This document shows positions 29,218-38,059 of a stretch of 38,059 nt of DNA, one piece after another. Positions within the stretch are counted from its first letter, which is position 1. Every line of letters begins with the position of its first letter. The notes beneath the pieces were generated by a model. The model made no database searches and was not told the origin of the DNA. It saw only the letters and a program-made list of their open reading frames with translations. The DNA is from Candidatus Calescibacterium sp. (lineage in GTDB: Bacteria; Calescibacteriota; Calescibacteriia; Calescibacteriales; Calescibacteriaceae), in assembly GCA_032249135.1 (NCBI GenBank), contig JAVVGL010000019.1, forward strand, positions 1 to 38,059. Reading direction: 5' to 3'. Position numbers and translations under genes: made by a program.

Positions 29218-30198
29218 GTGTTCTTGGTGAAAACCAAAATTCCTCCAAGTACTATCCAAATAGACTTCAAAAGGAGCGAGCTACCGCTTGATGCATCTGA
29301 ACTATCTAAGATAGTAGGTATAGAGAATCCAAAAATATATGTGGAGATAGGTTTCGGAAACGGGGAATTTTTGGTAGAGATGGCAAAGAGAGAAAGTTCA
29401 AGTATATTCATAGGTTTTGAAATTTCAGGAATATCGGTTGAAAAATTGAGATCCAGAGTAAAAAGGGAGAACTTGAGAAATGTTTTTTGTATAAGAGAAG
29501 ATGGTTTTTGGGGTTTATACTTTTGTTTTCCTGATTCATCTATTGACAAAATATTTATAAACTTTCCTGATCCGTGGCCTAAGCGGCGACACGAAAAAAG
29601 AAGGATAACAGAGAGGAAGAAGTTGATATTATTTTTTAGGAAGCTCAAACCGGAGGGAAAAATAGAAATCTTAACAGATAGTGAGAACTTTGTGAATTAT
29701 ACAGTGGAGCAAGCAATGGGAATTTTCAAGGTAAAAGCAGAAGAGAAGAAAGATTTCTCAATAACAACAAAATATATGAGGAAGTGGCTACAGGAAGGGC
29801 GAAAAATTTATTCAATTTTGCTTGAAAAAAGTGAAAGCTCATTTTCTGCTGAAAACAAAAAATATTATGATTTTGAGATTGAAAAACTACCTAAACCAAA
29901 GATGTTTCTTGAAAGGAAAATAGAGAAATTTCCATATAGGAAAGAAGAATTGGAACATAAGGTGTTTAAAATACAAGAGGGTATATTTGTGAAATTCTTT
30001 GATATATTTGAAAAAGAAAATAAGATTCTAATTGAAACTCTAATCTCAGAATACGGATACGAGCAGATGTTTATTATAAAAATAGAAAAGAGAGGTGAAA
30101 ATTTCATTTTAGATATTTCTCCTTTCAGTTCGGTAATAAGAACAGAGGGGATAGAAAAACTTATAGAAAAATTGTCGGAGGGTACTTTGTCAAAATAA
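29218..30198 (+). CDS. trmB: tRNA (guanine-N7)-methyltransferase with C-terminal extension
   Basis: VEIGFGNGEF, NFPDPWPKRRHEKRR, LTD, TKY. About 120 extra residues at the C-terminus. Confidence 0.9.
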   Translation: MFLVKTKIPPSTIQIDFKRSELPLDASELSKIVGIENPKIYVEIGFGNGEFLVEMAKRESSSIFIGFEISGISVEKLRSRVKRENLRNVFCIREDGFWGLYFCFPDSSIDKIFINFPDPWPKRRHEKRRITERKKLILFFRKLKPEGKIEILTDSENFVNYTVEQAMGIFKVKAEEKKDFSITTKYMRKWLQEGRKIYSILLEKSESSFSAENKKYYDFEIEKLPKPKMFLERKIEKFPYRKEELEHKVFKIQEGIFVKFFDIFEKENKILIETLISEYGYEQMFIIKIEKRGENFILDISPFSSVIRTEGIEKLIEKLSEGTLSK

Positions 30199-30219
30199 CT
30201 AACTCATAAAATTTTCTAT

Positions 30220-31128
30220 ATGGGAACCACCGTAATAAAAGATATTAAGATCGTTGAGGTCTCTCCACGAGATGGACTGCAAAATGAGAAAGAAATTATT
30301 CCATTTGATAAAAAAAAGAGTTTTATTGAGAAACTGATGGAAACGGGTGTAGACGAGATAGAAGTTGGTTCTTTTGTATCTCCAAAATGGGTTCCTCAGA
30401 TGCAAGATACCGATAAACTGTTCTTTTCAATTCTACCAAAAGATGGAATCAAATTTTCTGCACTTGTTCCAAATATGAAGGGTCTTGAAAGGGTTATGGA
30501 GCTTCCACCACAACATCGTCCTAAAAAACTCGCTGTATTTACAGCCTCATCAGATACTTTTAATCTAAAAAATATAAACTGTACCGTTGAGGAATCGTTT
30601 GATAGAATAAGACCTGTCGTTGAGTTTGCAAAGCGTGAGGGTTTTGAAGTAAGAGCATATATTTCAGTAGCTTTTTGGTGCCCGTATGAGGGAAAAATTC
30701 CTCCAGAGAAAACTTTGTATGTTTGCGAAAAACTTATTGAAATGGGTGTTGACGAAATATCTTTGGGAGATACCATAGGTAGAGCTTCTCCGAAAGATGT
30801 TTATGATTTGCTTTCCCTCCTGCTAAAAAAAATAAAACCTAATATGGTGGCTCTTCATTTTCACAATACATATGGAATGGCTCTTTTGAATTCTTTCATA
30901 GCATTTCGTGATTTTGGAATTACAACTTTTGATAGTTCAGCGGGTGGATTAGGAGGATGTCCTTTTGCTCCCGGGGCAGCTGGAAATGTTGCAACAGAGG
31001 ATTTAGTTTTTATGTTTGAAAACTCTGGAGTTAAAACAGGAGTAGATTGGAAAAAAATTATGGAGGCAGTATCTATTTTGGGCATTCCTTTGAGGTCAGT
31101 TATATCTAAGGTTTTAGGTAAAGGATAA
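30220..31128 (+). CDS. Hydroxymethylglutaryl-CoA lyase
   Basis: EVSPRDGLQNE, SFVSPKWVPQM, LGDTIG, HFHNT, GGLGGCPFAPGAAGNVATED. Confidence 0.92.
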   Translation: MGTTVIKDIKIVEVSPRDGLQNEKEIIPFDKKKSFIEKLMETGVDEIEVGSFVSPKWVPQMQDTDKLFFSILPKDGIKFSALVPNMKGLERVMELPPQHRPKKLAVFTASSDTFNLKNINCTVEESFDRIRPVVEFAKREGFEVRAYISVAFWCPYEGKIPPEKTLYVCEKLIEMGVDEISLGDTIGRASPKDVYDLLSLLLKKIKPNMVALHFHNTYGMALLNSFIAFRDFGITTFDSSAGGLGGCPFAPGAAGNVATEDLVFMFENSGVKTGVDWKKIMEAVSILGIPLRSVISKVLGKG

Positions 31129-31259
31129 ACTTTTTTCCTTTCTTCCTTCTTTTTTTAAAATTTTATGTTTTATTTAAATTATTAAATGACTTTAAAAAAT
31201 TTCAAACTTTCCTGAATTTTCAAAATTACATACTTTGAGAAATAAAAATAGAAGATATT

Positions 31260-32771
31260 ATGCCTCGTGGTTTCAAAAAAATTCTTGTTGCGAACAGAGG
31301 AGAGATAGCAATAAGAGTAATAAGAGCTATAAAAGAATTGGGAAAACAAGCGGTAGCTGTAAGGACACCAGAGGATAGATCTGGATCATGGGTTTACCTT
31401 GCAGATGAGTTCTATGAAATTTCAAACTATCTGAATATAGATGAGATAATAGATGTCGCAAAAAAAGCAAAAGTAGATGCGATACACCCCGGGTACGGTT
31501 TTCTTTCTGAAAGGGAAGACTTTGCGGAAGCTTGTGAGAAATCCGGAATAAAATTTATAGGTCCTTCCCCAGAGTCTCTGCGGATGTCAGGAGATAAAGC
31601 AATTGCACGGCAGAAGGCAAAAGAAGCGGGAGTCCCAATAGTTCCGGGGACAGATGTTGTGGAAAATCCTGAAAAAGCTCTTGAAGAAGCAAGAAGAATA
31701 GGTTTCCCAGTTCTTCTGAAAGCAGCCGGTGGTGGAGGTGGTAAGGGGATGCGTCCCGTTTTTGATGAATCGGAGTTCGTGAATTTGTTCAAACAAGCAT
31801 CTGAGGAAGCAAAAGCTGCTTTTGGAGATCCAAGAATTTACATAGAAAAATATATAGTTGCTCCGAAACATATAGAGGTTCAAATTCTGGGAGATGAGTA
31901 TGGTAATATGGTATATCTCTTTGAGAGAGATTGTTCTTTGCAGAGAAGAAATCAGAAGGTTATTGAGGAAAGTCCTTCTCCACTTTTACCACATGATGTT
32001 AGATTGAAGATGTGTGAAGCGGCTTTAAAAATAATGAAAAAAATAAATTATTTTAACGCCGGAACTGTTGAGTTTATAGTTGATAATAACTGGAACTTTT
32101 ACTTTATTGAGATAAACGCAAGAATTCAGGTTGAACATCCTGTCACAGAAATGGTTACAGGTATAGATCTCATAAAAAGGCAAATAAAGATAGCCGAGGG
32201 GGAAAAACTTGATATATCACAGGAGGATATAAAGCAATCAGGACATGCTATGGAGTTAAGAATATATGCTGAGGATCCGGATAACGATTTTATGCCTTCT
32301 GGTGGTTATGTCTCATTTTACAAAGAACCCTCTATGCCGGGGGTAAGATGTGATGGATGGTTGTACTCGGGATGTTATGTTCCTTCAAAGTATGATCCCT
32401 TACTTTTGAAGCTTATTGTCAAGGGTGAATCAAGAGATGAAACAATAAATAAAACTCTTATCGCACTTGATGAGCTAAAAATTCAAGGTATAAAAAACAA
32501 TATACCTTTTTTCAAGTTTGTGCTGAACCTTCCCGAATTCAGGGAAGGAAATATAAACACTTGGAGTATGAAAGATATTCTGGAAAAATATAAGGAACAC
32601 AAAAGAGCTTTATACTTGCAAGATATGGAGCATGCCATTGTTTTAGGAGCTTATTTATGTTCTAACGGTACTATGCAAGAGATCATTCATAATCAATATC
32701 AAGAAAATTTAAAGGGAGGATGGAAAGTTTCTGGATGGAAAATCAACGGAAGAATTTTAAGAAGGGAGTAA
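31260..32771 (+). CDS. Biotin carboxylase subunit of an acyl-CoA carboxylase
   Basis: LVANRGEIA, HPGYGFLSE, GGGGKGMR, ERDCSLQRRNQK, RIQVEHPVTE. Confidence 0.93.
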   Translation: MPRGFKKILVANRGEIAIRVIRAIKELGKQAVAVRTPEDRSGSWVYLADEFYEISNYLNIDEIIDVAKKAKVDAIHPGYGFLSEREDFAEACEKSGIKFIGPSPESLRMSGDKAIARQKAKEAGVPIVPGTDVVENPEKALEEARRIGFPVLLKAAGGGGGKGMRPVFDESEFVNLFKQASEEAKAAFGDPRIYIEKYIVAPKHIEVQILGDEYGNMVYLFERDCSLQRRNQKVIEESPSPLLPHDVRLKMCEAALKIMKKINYFNAGTVEFIVDNNWNFYFIEINARIQVEHPVTEMVTGIDLIKRQIKIAEGEKLDISQEDIKQSGHAMELRIYAEDPDNDFMPSGGYVSFYKEPSMPGVRCDGWLYSGCYVPSKYDPLLLKLIVKGESRDETINKTLIALDELKIQGIKNNIPFFKFVLNLPEFREGNINTWSMKDILEKYKEHKRALYLQDMEHAIVLGAYLCSNGTMQEIIHNQYQENLKGGWKVSGWKINGRILRRE

Positions 32772-32856
32772 TTGAGATAAGATTAGGATAAGAATTAAAA
32801 TAAGAAGGATTAAATAATAATAAGGGGGAGGAATAAATAAATAGGAAAATAAAGCC

Positions 32857-33357
32857 GTGCGTGTAAGACTAAAAAGTAAGGATGGAAAAAAGTTAGAGGG
32901 ACATATATCTTCTTATGGAAATACTGTGGAGGTCAAAATTAAAGATAGTGTCAGGAAATTTATAATTGAGAAGACTCCTTTTGGTGAGATAGTAGCGAAA
33001 GATGAGGCTGGAAATAAATACAAAATAACTCCCATTTTTTCTTCAAAATATGAGATCGTTTTTGAATTGAATGGTCAAACTTTTCAGTTTGAAAGAATTT
33101 TACCCGGAGCGGAGTTTGAGGAAGAGGATGAAAGCGTGGCGATAATAAAGCTTTCTTTTTCTGGGCTCATAAGAAAGCTATATGTTAAAAAAGGGCAGAG
33201 TGTGAAAAAAGGTGATGTTCTTGCTGATGTTGAATCTATGAAAATGATAAATAGCTTGAAATCTCCCATTGATGGTGTAGTTGAAGAAATTTATGTATCG
33301 GAGGGTAAAAGTCTGATGTCGGGGGAAAAAATTATGAAGATTGTAAAATCTCAGTAG
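32857..33357 (+). CDS. Biotin carboxyl carrier protein with N-terminal beta domain
   Basis: VKKGDVLADVESMKMINSLKSPIDG biotinylation motif. Confidence 0.85.
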   Translation: MRVRLKSKDGKKLEGHISSYGNTVEVKIKDSVRKFIIEKTPFGEIVAKDEAGNKYKITPIFSSKYEIVFELNGQTFQFERILPGAEFEEEDESVAIIKLSFSGLIRKLYVKKGQSVKKGDVLADVESMKMINSLKSPIDGVVEEIYVSEGKSLMSGEKIMKIVKSQ

Positions 33358-33378
33358 CCGAAACAAAAATAAACCAGA

Positions 33379-33912
33379 ATGCAAGATCAAGAAGGAAATG
33401 TAGTTTTTGGTTCAGACGACAAAATCACAGTTTTTGAAGGCAGAAAATTTTTGAATTTTTCTGAGCATGAATTTTCAGTTTGGGTCCCAATACAAATGAG
33501 ATTTTGCGACACAGATATGATGGGACACATAAATAATGTCTCTATAATAGCTTTTCTTGAAACCGCAAGGGTTGAATATATGAACAGAATGAGAGATGTT
33601 GCTAACCAAAAAGGTATAGGACAAGATTTATTTTCTATCATATTAGCTGAAATAACTTGTGTTTATAGGGGGCAAATTTTCCTCAGAGACAAAATTCAAG
33701 TCGGAATAAAAATAAGATGTTTTAAAAGAAAAAGTTTTGTTTTTGATTATATAATATTGGCAGATCACGGAGATGGTATAAAAAGGAAGGTTGTTGATGC
33801 ACAATCTATTCAAGTTATGTATGATTATTTTGAAGGGAAAAGTATAGAAATTCCAAAGGAGTTTATAGAAGTTGCCGAAGCTGTTGAGGGGAGGAAAATT
33901 CCTATTTTTTGA
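33379..33912 (+). CDS. Hot-dog-fold acyl-CoA thioesterase (4HBT/YbgC-like)
   Basis: RFCDTDMMGHINN...FLETAR. Confidence 0.85.
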   Translation: MQDQEGNVVFGSDDKITVFEGRKFLNFSEHEFSVWVPIQMRFCDTDMMGHINNVSIIAFLETARVEYMNRMRDVANQKGIGQDLFSIILAEITCVYRGQIFLRDKIQVGIKIRCFKRKSFVFDYIILADHGDGIKRKVVDAQSIQVMYDYFEGKSIEIPKEFIEVAEAVEGRKIPIF

Positions 33913-33917
33913 AATTT

Positions 33918-35048
33918 ATGAAAGCAGTTCTCTATCTTGAAGATGGAACTTTGCTTTCTGGTAAAGCTTTCGGAGCAAAAGGGACCAAAGTTGGAGAAAT
34001 AATTTTCAACACAGCTTTAACTGGGTATCAGGAAGTTCTGACAGATCCGTCTTATAAAGAGCAAATTGTGGTTATGACTTATCCTCACATAGGAAACTAT
34101 GGAATAAACTTTGAAGATGATGAATCCTATAAAGCTTTTGTTGAGGGATTTGTTATAAAGGAGTTGGAAGTTCAACCTTCAAATTGGAGATCAAAGATAA
34201 CGCTTCATGAGTTTCTTGAAAAACAAGGTGTAATAGGTATAGAGGGGGTTGATACAAGGTTTCTCACAAGAAAAATAAGAGAAAAAGGTTCTATGAAAGC
34301 GGTAATAACCACAGAAGATGTTGATTCTGAAACTTTGAGAAAAGTTGTTGCAGAGTATCCGGGATTGCAAGGCAGGGACCTTGTGAAATATGTTACATGT
34401 AAGGAACCTTATATTTGGGGTGAAGGTTTGTGGTATCACAAATCTGTATATTATGAGAAGAAAAAGAAATTTTCTGGGAAAAAAATTATAGTTATGGACT
34501 TTGGAGTGAAAAGAAATATATTAAGGCATCTTGTTGAATTTTTCGGTGAGGTCAGAGTTGTTCCGGCTTATACATCAGCTGAGGAGATTTTAGGATTTTA
34601 TCCTGACGGAGTTGTTCTTTCAAATGGTCCGGGGGATCCGGCGCCACTTAAATCAATTCAGGAGAACATAAGAAAAATTTTAGGAAAAGTTCCAGTTTTG
34701 GCTATATGTCTTGGACATCAGCTTACAGGTCTTTCTTTGGGAGCTAAAACATACAAATTAAAATTTGGACATCATGGAATAAATCATCCTGTGAAAAGCC
34801 CTGAAAGAAAAAATGTTGAAGTGACATCTCACAATCATAATTTTGCTGTTGATCCTCAAACTTTTCCAGAAGATGTAAGAAGCAAGATAAAAGTAACTTA
34901 TGTATCTTTGAACGATGGAACTTTTGAAGGTTTTAGGTCTGATGAGTTAAAATTTATATCAGTTCAGTTTCATCCGGAAGCTGGACCGGGACCAAGCGAT
35001 TCGTATCATATATTTGAAGAATTCGCAAGAATGGTTGCGCAATGCTGA
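33918..35048 (+). CDS. carA: Carbamoyl-phosphate synthase small subunit
   Basis: FNTALTGYQEVLTDPSY, LSNGPGDP, ICLGHQ, VQFHPEAGPGP. Confidence 0.96.
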   Translation: MKAVLYLEDGTLLSGKAFGAKGTKVGEIIFNTALTGYQEVLTDPSYKEQIVVMTYPHIGNYGINFEDDESYKAFVEGFVIKELEVQPSNWRSKITLHEFLEKQGVIGIEGVDTRFLTRKIREKGSMKAVITTEDVDSETLRKVVAEYPGLQGRDLVKYVTCKEPYIWGEGLWYHKSVYYEKKKKFSGKKIIVMDFGVKRNILRHLVEFFGEVRVVPAYTSAEEILGFYPDGVVLSNGPGDPAPLKSIQENIRKILGKVPVLAICLGHQLTGLSLGAKTYKLKFGHHGINHPVKSPERKNVEVTSHNHNFAVDPQTFPEDVRSKIKVTYVSLNDGTFEGFRSDELKFISVQFHPEAGPGPSDSYHIFEEFARMVAQC

Positions 35049-35743
35049 AATTTACAACTTTGTTAGGAAAAATCAGGAAAATTTTTTTAATAAAAAATAA
35101 AGTAGGGCAGAGGTTTTTTGACTTTCTTTTCGTTCCGATTTTTCTTTGGTGCTTTTGTTTTTTGGGGCTTTTTATTCTACGTATTTTAGGGAAGTGGGAA
35201 ATTTCAGGTTACTTCGCTTTGTTTTCTTTTTTTGTTATTCCTTCTTTGATTGAAAGATCAAATCAGATTCTTGGTATAAACATCAAAATAAAAAGAGATT
35301 TTTTGTTTTTTGTTTTCTGCCTTGTTTTTTTCACTTTCCTTTGGGCAATTTTTTTCTTCTTTGTTGGTGAAAGGAAAATAGACGATATAATCACTTTTTC
35401 TCCTCGGTTTCCTAACAAGGAGGACTTGAAATGGTTTTTGATATATTTTTTTGGAGTATCAATACCCGAAGAATTTTTTTTCAGGGGGTTTATGCAGGGA
35501 AGATTTAACATTTTTTTTGGTAAAAGATTTAGGTTTTTAGGTGTGAGTTTGGGTTATGGTTTTTTTCTTCAAAGTATTTTTTTTATGCTCATACATTTGG
35601 TTTGGTCGCTTCACATAGTGAGATTTTTGGTTTTCTTCCCAGGTTTATTATTTGGTTTTTTGCGTGAGAGGTATTCAAGTATAGTTCCACCAATAATTTT
35701 CCACACTTTTAGCAATGTCTTCATGCTCCTTATAGTAAAGTAA
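35042..35743 (+). CDS. CPBP (Abi/CAAX) intramembrane glutamic protease, myxosortase-like
   Basis: PEEFFFRGFMQ, F..IH, VFFPGLLFGFLRER, FHTFSN. Confidence 0.8.
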   Translation: MLKFTTLLGKIRKIFLIKNKVGQRFFDFLFVPIFLWCFCFLGLFILRILGKWEISGYFALFSFFVIPSLIERSNQILGINIKIKRDFLFFVFCLVFFTFLWAIFFFFVGERKIDDIITFSPRFPNKEDLKWFLIYFFGVSIPEEFFFRGFMQGRFNIFFGKRFRFLGVSLGYGFFLQSIFFMLIHLVWSLHIVRFLVFFPGLLFGFLRERYSSIVPPIIFHTFSNVFMLLIVK

Positions 35744-35768
35744 AATTTCAACTAAGATCCGAAATTAC

Positions 35769-36749
35769 CTATCTCTTACCTTTATTATATTTTCTTTTAA
35801 ATCTCAGATATGCGAGTCGTTGAGCAGATTCAAATATTCTCTCTTTATCCTTTATTTCTTCTTTCACGATTTTGGAAAACTCTTCAAATAATTTTGAGGC
35901 TAAATTGTAATCGGGTTTGCACATCAAAATCGCATCACAACCCACCTGAAACGCCCGGAAAGCTACATCGGGTAAATCCCCAAAGTCTCTTAATGCCCCC
36001 ATAGTTATATCATCTGTTATAACGCAACCAGGAAAAAAAGTTTTAAGTTCTCTTAACCATTTTTCAGATAATGTGCAAGGCAAATCATCTATATTTTTTA
36101 CGACTATATGAGCAGTCATTATCCCGTAAACATCATAAGCTAATTTTTTAAAAGGCAAAATGTGCCTTTGAATTTCCTCCTCATTAGCATCAGAAAAAGG
36201 AAGTTCTATATGAGAATCTTCTTTTACAAGACCGTGCCCTGGAAAATGTTTTGCCACTGGTAAGACTCCTGAGGAGAAAAGTCCCTTTGAAAAAGCAGAA
36301 GCAATTTTTGATACTATTTCTGGATCGGAAGAAAAAGCCCTATCTCCGATTACCGTTTCATTATATCCAAAAAGATCAACAACTGGTGCAAAATTTACAT
36401 CTATTCCAAGACTCGCAAGAAAAGCCCCAAGTTTCTGACCTAAATCAAAAATATCTTGTTCAGTAATCAGACCGCTCTCAAAAGCTTCTCCTATTTTTCT
36501 TGCAGGAGGAAGTTCAAAAGGAGTTTCTATCCTCTTTACCCTCCCTCCTTCCTCATCTACACACACGAACAAATTATATCCAACTTTACCTTTTAAAGAA
36601 AAGATAAATTCTCTCAAATCATCTATATTATCTGGCACATTGTAAGAGAAAATTATTATTCCTGAGGGTTTGTATGTTTTGAGGAAATCTATCGTTTCCT
36701 GATCCGGACTTTTTCCTTTTATTGCAACTATAAATAATCCGGAAAGCAT
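35769..36749 (-). CDS. nagZ: Beta-N-acetylhexosaminidase (GH3)
   Basis: VDEEGGRV, APVVD, KHFPGHG...DSH, ITDDITMGA. Start taken at ATG 36749. Confidence 0.88.
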   Translation of the reverse strand: MLSGLFIVAIKGKSPDQETIDFLKTYKPSGIIIFSYNVPDNIDDLREFIFSLKGKVGYNLFVCVDEEGGRVKRIETPFELPPARKIGEAFESGLITEQDIFDLGQKLGAFLASLGIDVNFAPVVDLFGYNETVIGDRAFSSDPEIVSKIASAFSKGLFSSGVLPVAKHFPGHGLVKEDSHIELPFSDANEEEIQRHILPFKKLAYDVYGIMTAHIVVKNIDDLPCTLSEKWLRELKTFFPGCVITDDITMGALRDFGDLPDVAFRAFQVGCDAILMCKPDYNLASKLFEEFSKIVKEEIKDKERIFESAQRLAYLRFKRKYNKGKR

Positions 36750-37834
36750 AGGATAAAGTTTAAAAAATATATCCACATTTTTTGGTTTAAGATTCTCTCA
36801 ATAACTTCTATTATCTTCTCTTTTTCAATTCTCATACATTCTTTGTTTCTGGGACACGGTGGAATTTCTGCGAAATTTGAACAAGGAGAACACCACAAAT
36901 TTTTCCTTATTATCTTCCCCATCAACGGTCCCCACTTTATATGATTTGATGGACCAAAAATCGCTATAACTTTTTTCCCCATCATATATGCAAGGTGCAT
37001 CAATCCATTATCTACTCCTACAAATATTTTTGCGGATAATATTACTTTTGCAATATCATCAAAACTCAATTTTCTATCACCTATGATTTGCACTTTATAC
37101 CCCTTATTTTTCATAATTTCTATAACTTCGTCAAACTCATCATACAATTTTTCCCATCTTGTGGTAAATGGAGAAAAAACAATATCTAAATTTTCAAAAT
37201 TCTGAGTATTAACTTTATTTCTAATAAATGACTGACTTTTCCTTATGAGTTCATCTGAATTTGTAAGCTCATCCGAATTTTCTTCATTTTCTCTTTTGAA
37301 GTATAACAATATTTTTTCTCCAAGTCTTATAAAATTCTTTGTTTCATGTTGTGCGAAAAAATATTCGGCTTTTATATCAAATAATTTACTTTTCTCTGTT
37401 GTATCAAAACCAACCAATATTTTCCCGAGCAATCTACCAAAAAAAGCAGGGAGTAGAAAAGATTGCTCTGTATCTATTACCACATCATATTTTCTTATAT
37501 TTTTAAGAAAGAAAAATATAAATTTGAAAGAGTCGTAAGCAAAAAAGTTTGAAACCATATCCCCGTAGCAGAATTTAGCTCCATCCAAGTTTCTTTTTTC
37601 TCCGAGAAAATCAATTTTTGATTTCAGCTTTTCTTTAAGAAAAATAACAAGAGGAGTAAGTAATATGGCATCACCCAATCCACCAGGTCTTATGATGAGA
37701 ACCTTTTTGATCTCGTTGATTTGTTTTAATTCACGAATGAACTTTTTTTTCCAGAGAAAGAAAAGAGCTCTTATAAAAAATTTTCCAAAAGTAGCATCAA
37801 ATTTTTTCAAGATTTTCTGTTGAAAACTTGTCAT
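36728..37834 (-). CDS. Glycosyltransferase family 9 (LPS heptosyltransferase-like)
   Basis: IRPGGLGDAIL, FVGVDNGLMHLA, IAIFGP, CSPC...C...C. Confidence 0.88.
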   Translation of the reverse strand: MTSFQQKILKKFDATFGKFFIRALFFLWKKKFIRELKQINEIKKVLIIRPGGLGDAILLTPLVIFLKEKLKSKIDFLGEKRNLDGAKFCYGDMVSNFFAYDSFKFIFFFLKNIRKYDVVIDTEQSFLLPAFFGRLLGKILVGFDTTEKSKLFDIKAEYFFAQHETKNFIRLGEKILLYFKRENEENSDELTNSDELIRKSQSFIRNKVNTQNFENLDIVFSPFTTRWEKLYDEFDEVIEIMKNKGYKVQIIGDRKLSFDDIAKVILSAKIFVGVDNGLMHLAYMMGKKVIAIFGPSNHIKWGPLMGKIIRKNLWCSPCSNFAEIPPCPRNKECMRIEKEKIIEVIERILNQKMWIYFLNFILCFPDYL

Positions 37835-38059
37835 TTTCTGATATTCTTCTAAAAGCCGTTTTTTATAAATTTATTTACAACAAAATAAAATAAAAATAAT
37901 AAATCAACCTAATGCGCTGTTTAGTTAATTTTTGGAAATCTCAAAATTTCAAATCTTAATAAATTTCAAGTTTCACTAAAAACCATATAAAACCCCCTGA
38001 CTTCACAAATTCTTGACTTCTTTATAAAAAATGATTATTGTTTTTTTATATAAAAAAGA

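Noticed and set aside
29013-29648. 211-aa minus-strand ORF
   Set aside because: Antisense to trmB and the acyl-CoA dehydrogenase, with no protein-family features.
31129-31160. Pyrimidine tract after HMG-CoA lyase as a terminator
   Set aside because: No stem-loop precedes the T-run.
32772-32856. Purine-rich imperfect ATAAG/AATAA repeats between BC and BCCP
   Set aside because: Low complexity with no constant unit or spacing; no function can be supported.
35750-38059. Possible second strand-skew change at the right end
   Set aside because: Spot counts were inconsistent and confounded by gene orientation; it needs a computed skew.

Overview
AT-rich chromosomal window from a diderm bacterium (it carries LPS heptose genes) that contains the replication origin region. 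Origin features: seven parS palindromes (2.9-10.1 kb, three inside bioF); an oriC-like array of about 12 phased TTTTC(C/A)ACA boxes directly downstream of dnaA; a dnaA that begins at the AAA+ domain and lacks domains I/II; and dnaN displaced 9.4 kb away in convergent orientation. Next to the origin is an ~11 kb minus-strand defence island (15.2-26.4 kb) with no integrase. It holds an intact SNF2 helicase-DUF3883 nuclease, an intact DUF499 ATPase and a DUF1156 adenine methyltransferase split into two separately initiated halves. An MNT nucleotidyltransferase cassette flanked by a 15-bp direct repeat sits between the halves, and the catalytic DPPY half carries an early TAA. The island also has a second, truncated MNT with an apparent HEPN deletion scar and a frameshifted ABC-ATPase/TOPRIM-like pair. 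The rest is housekeeping and metabolism: heptose kinase, bioA, bioF, truA, trmB, carA, nagZ, GT9, an HMG-CoA lyase/biotin carboxylase cluster, a degenerate kinase-like protein, a tandem START protein and a CPBP protease. All family calls come from motif recognition by eye; no searches were run.
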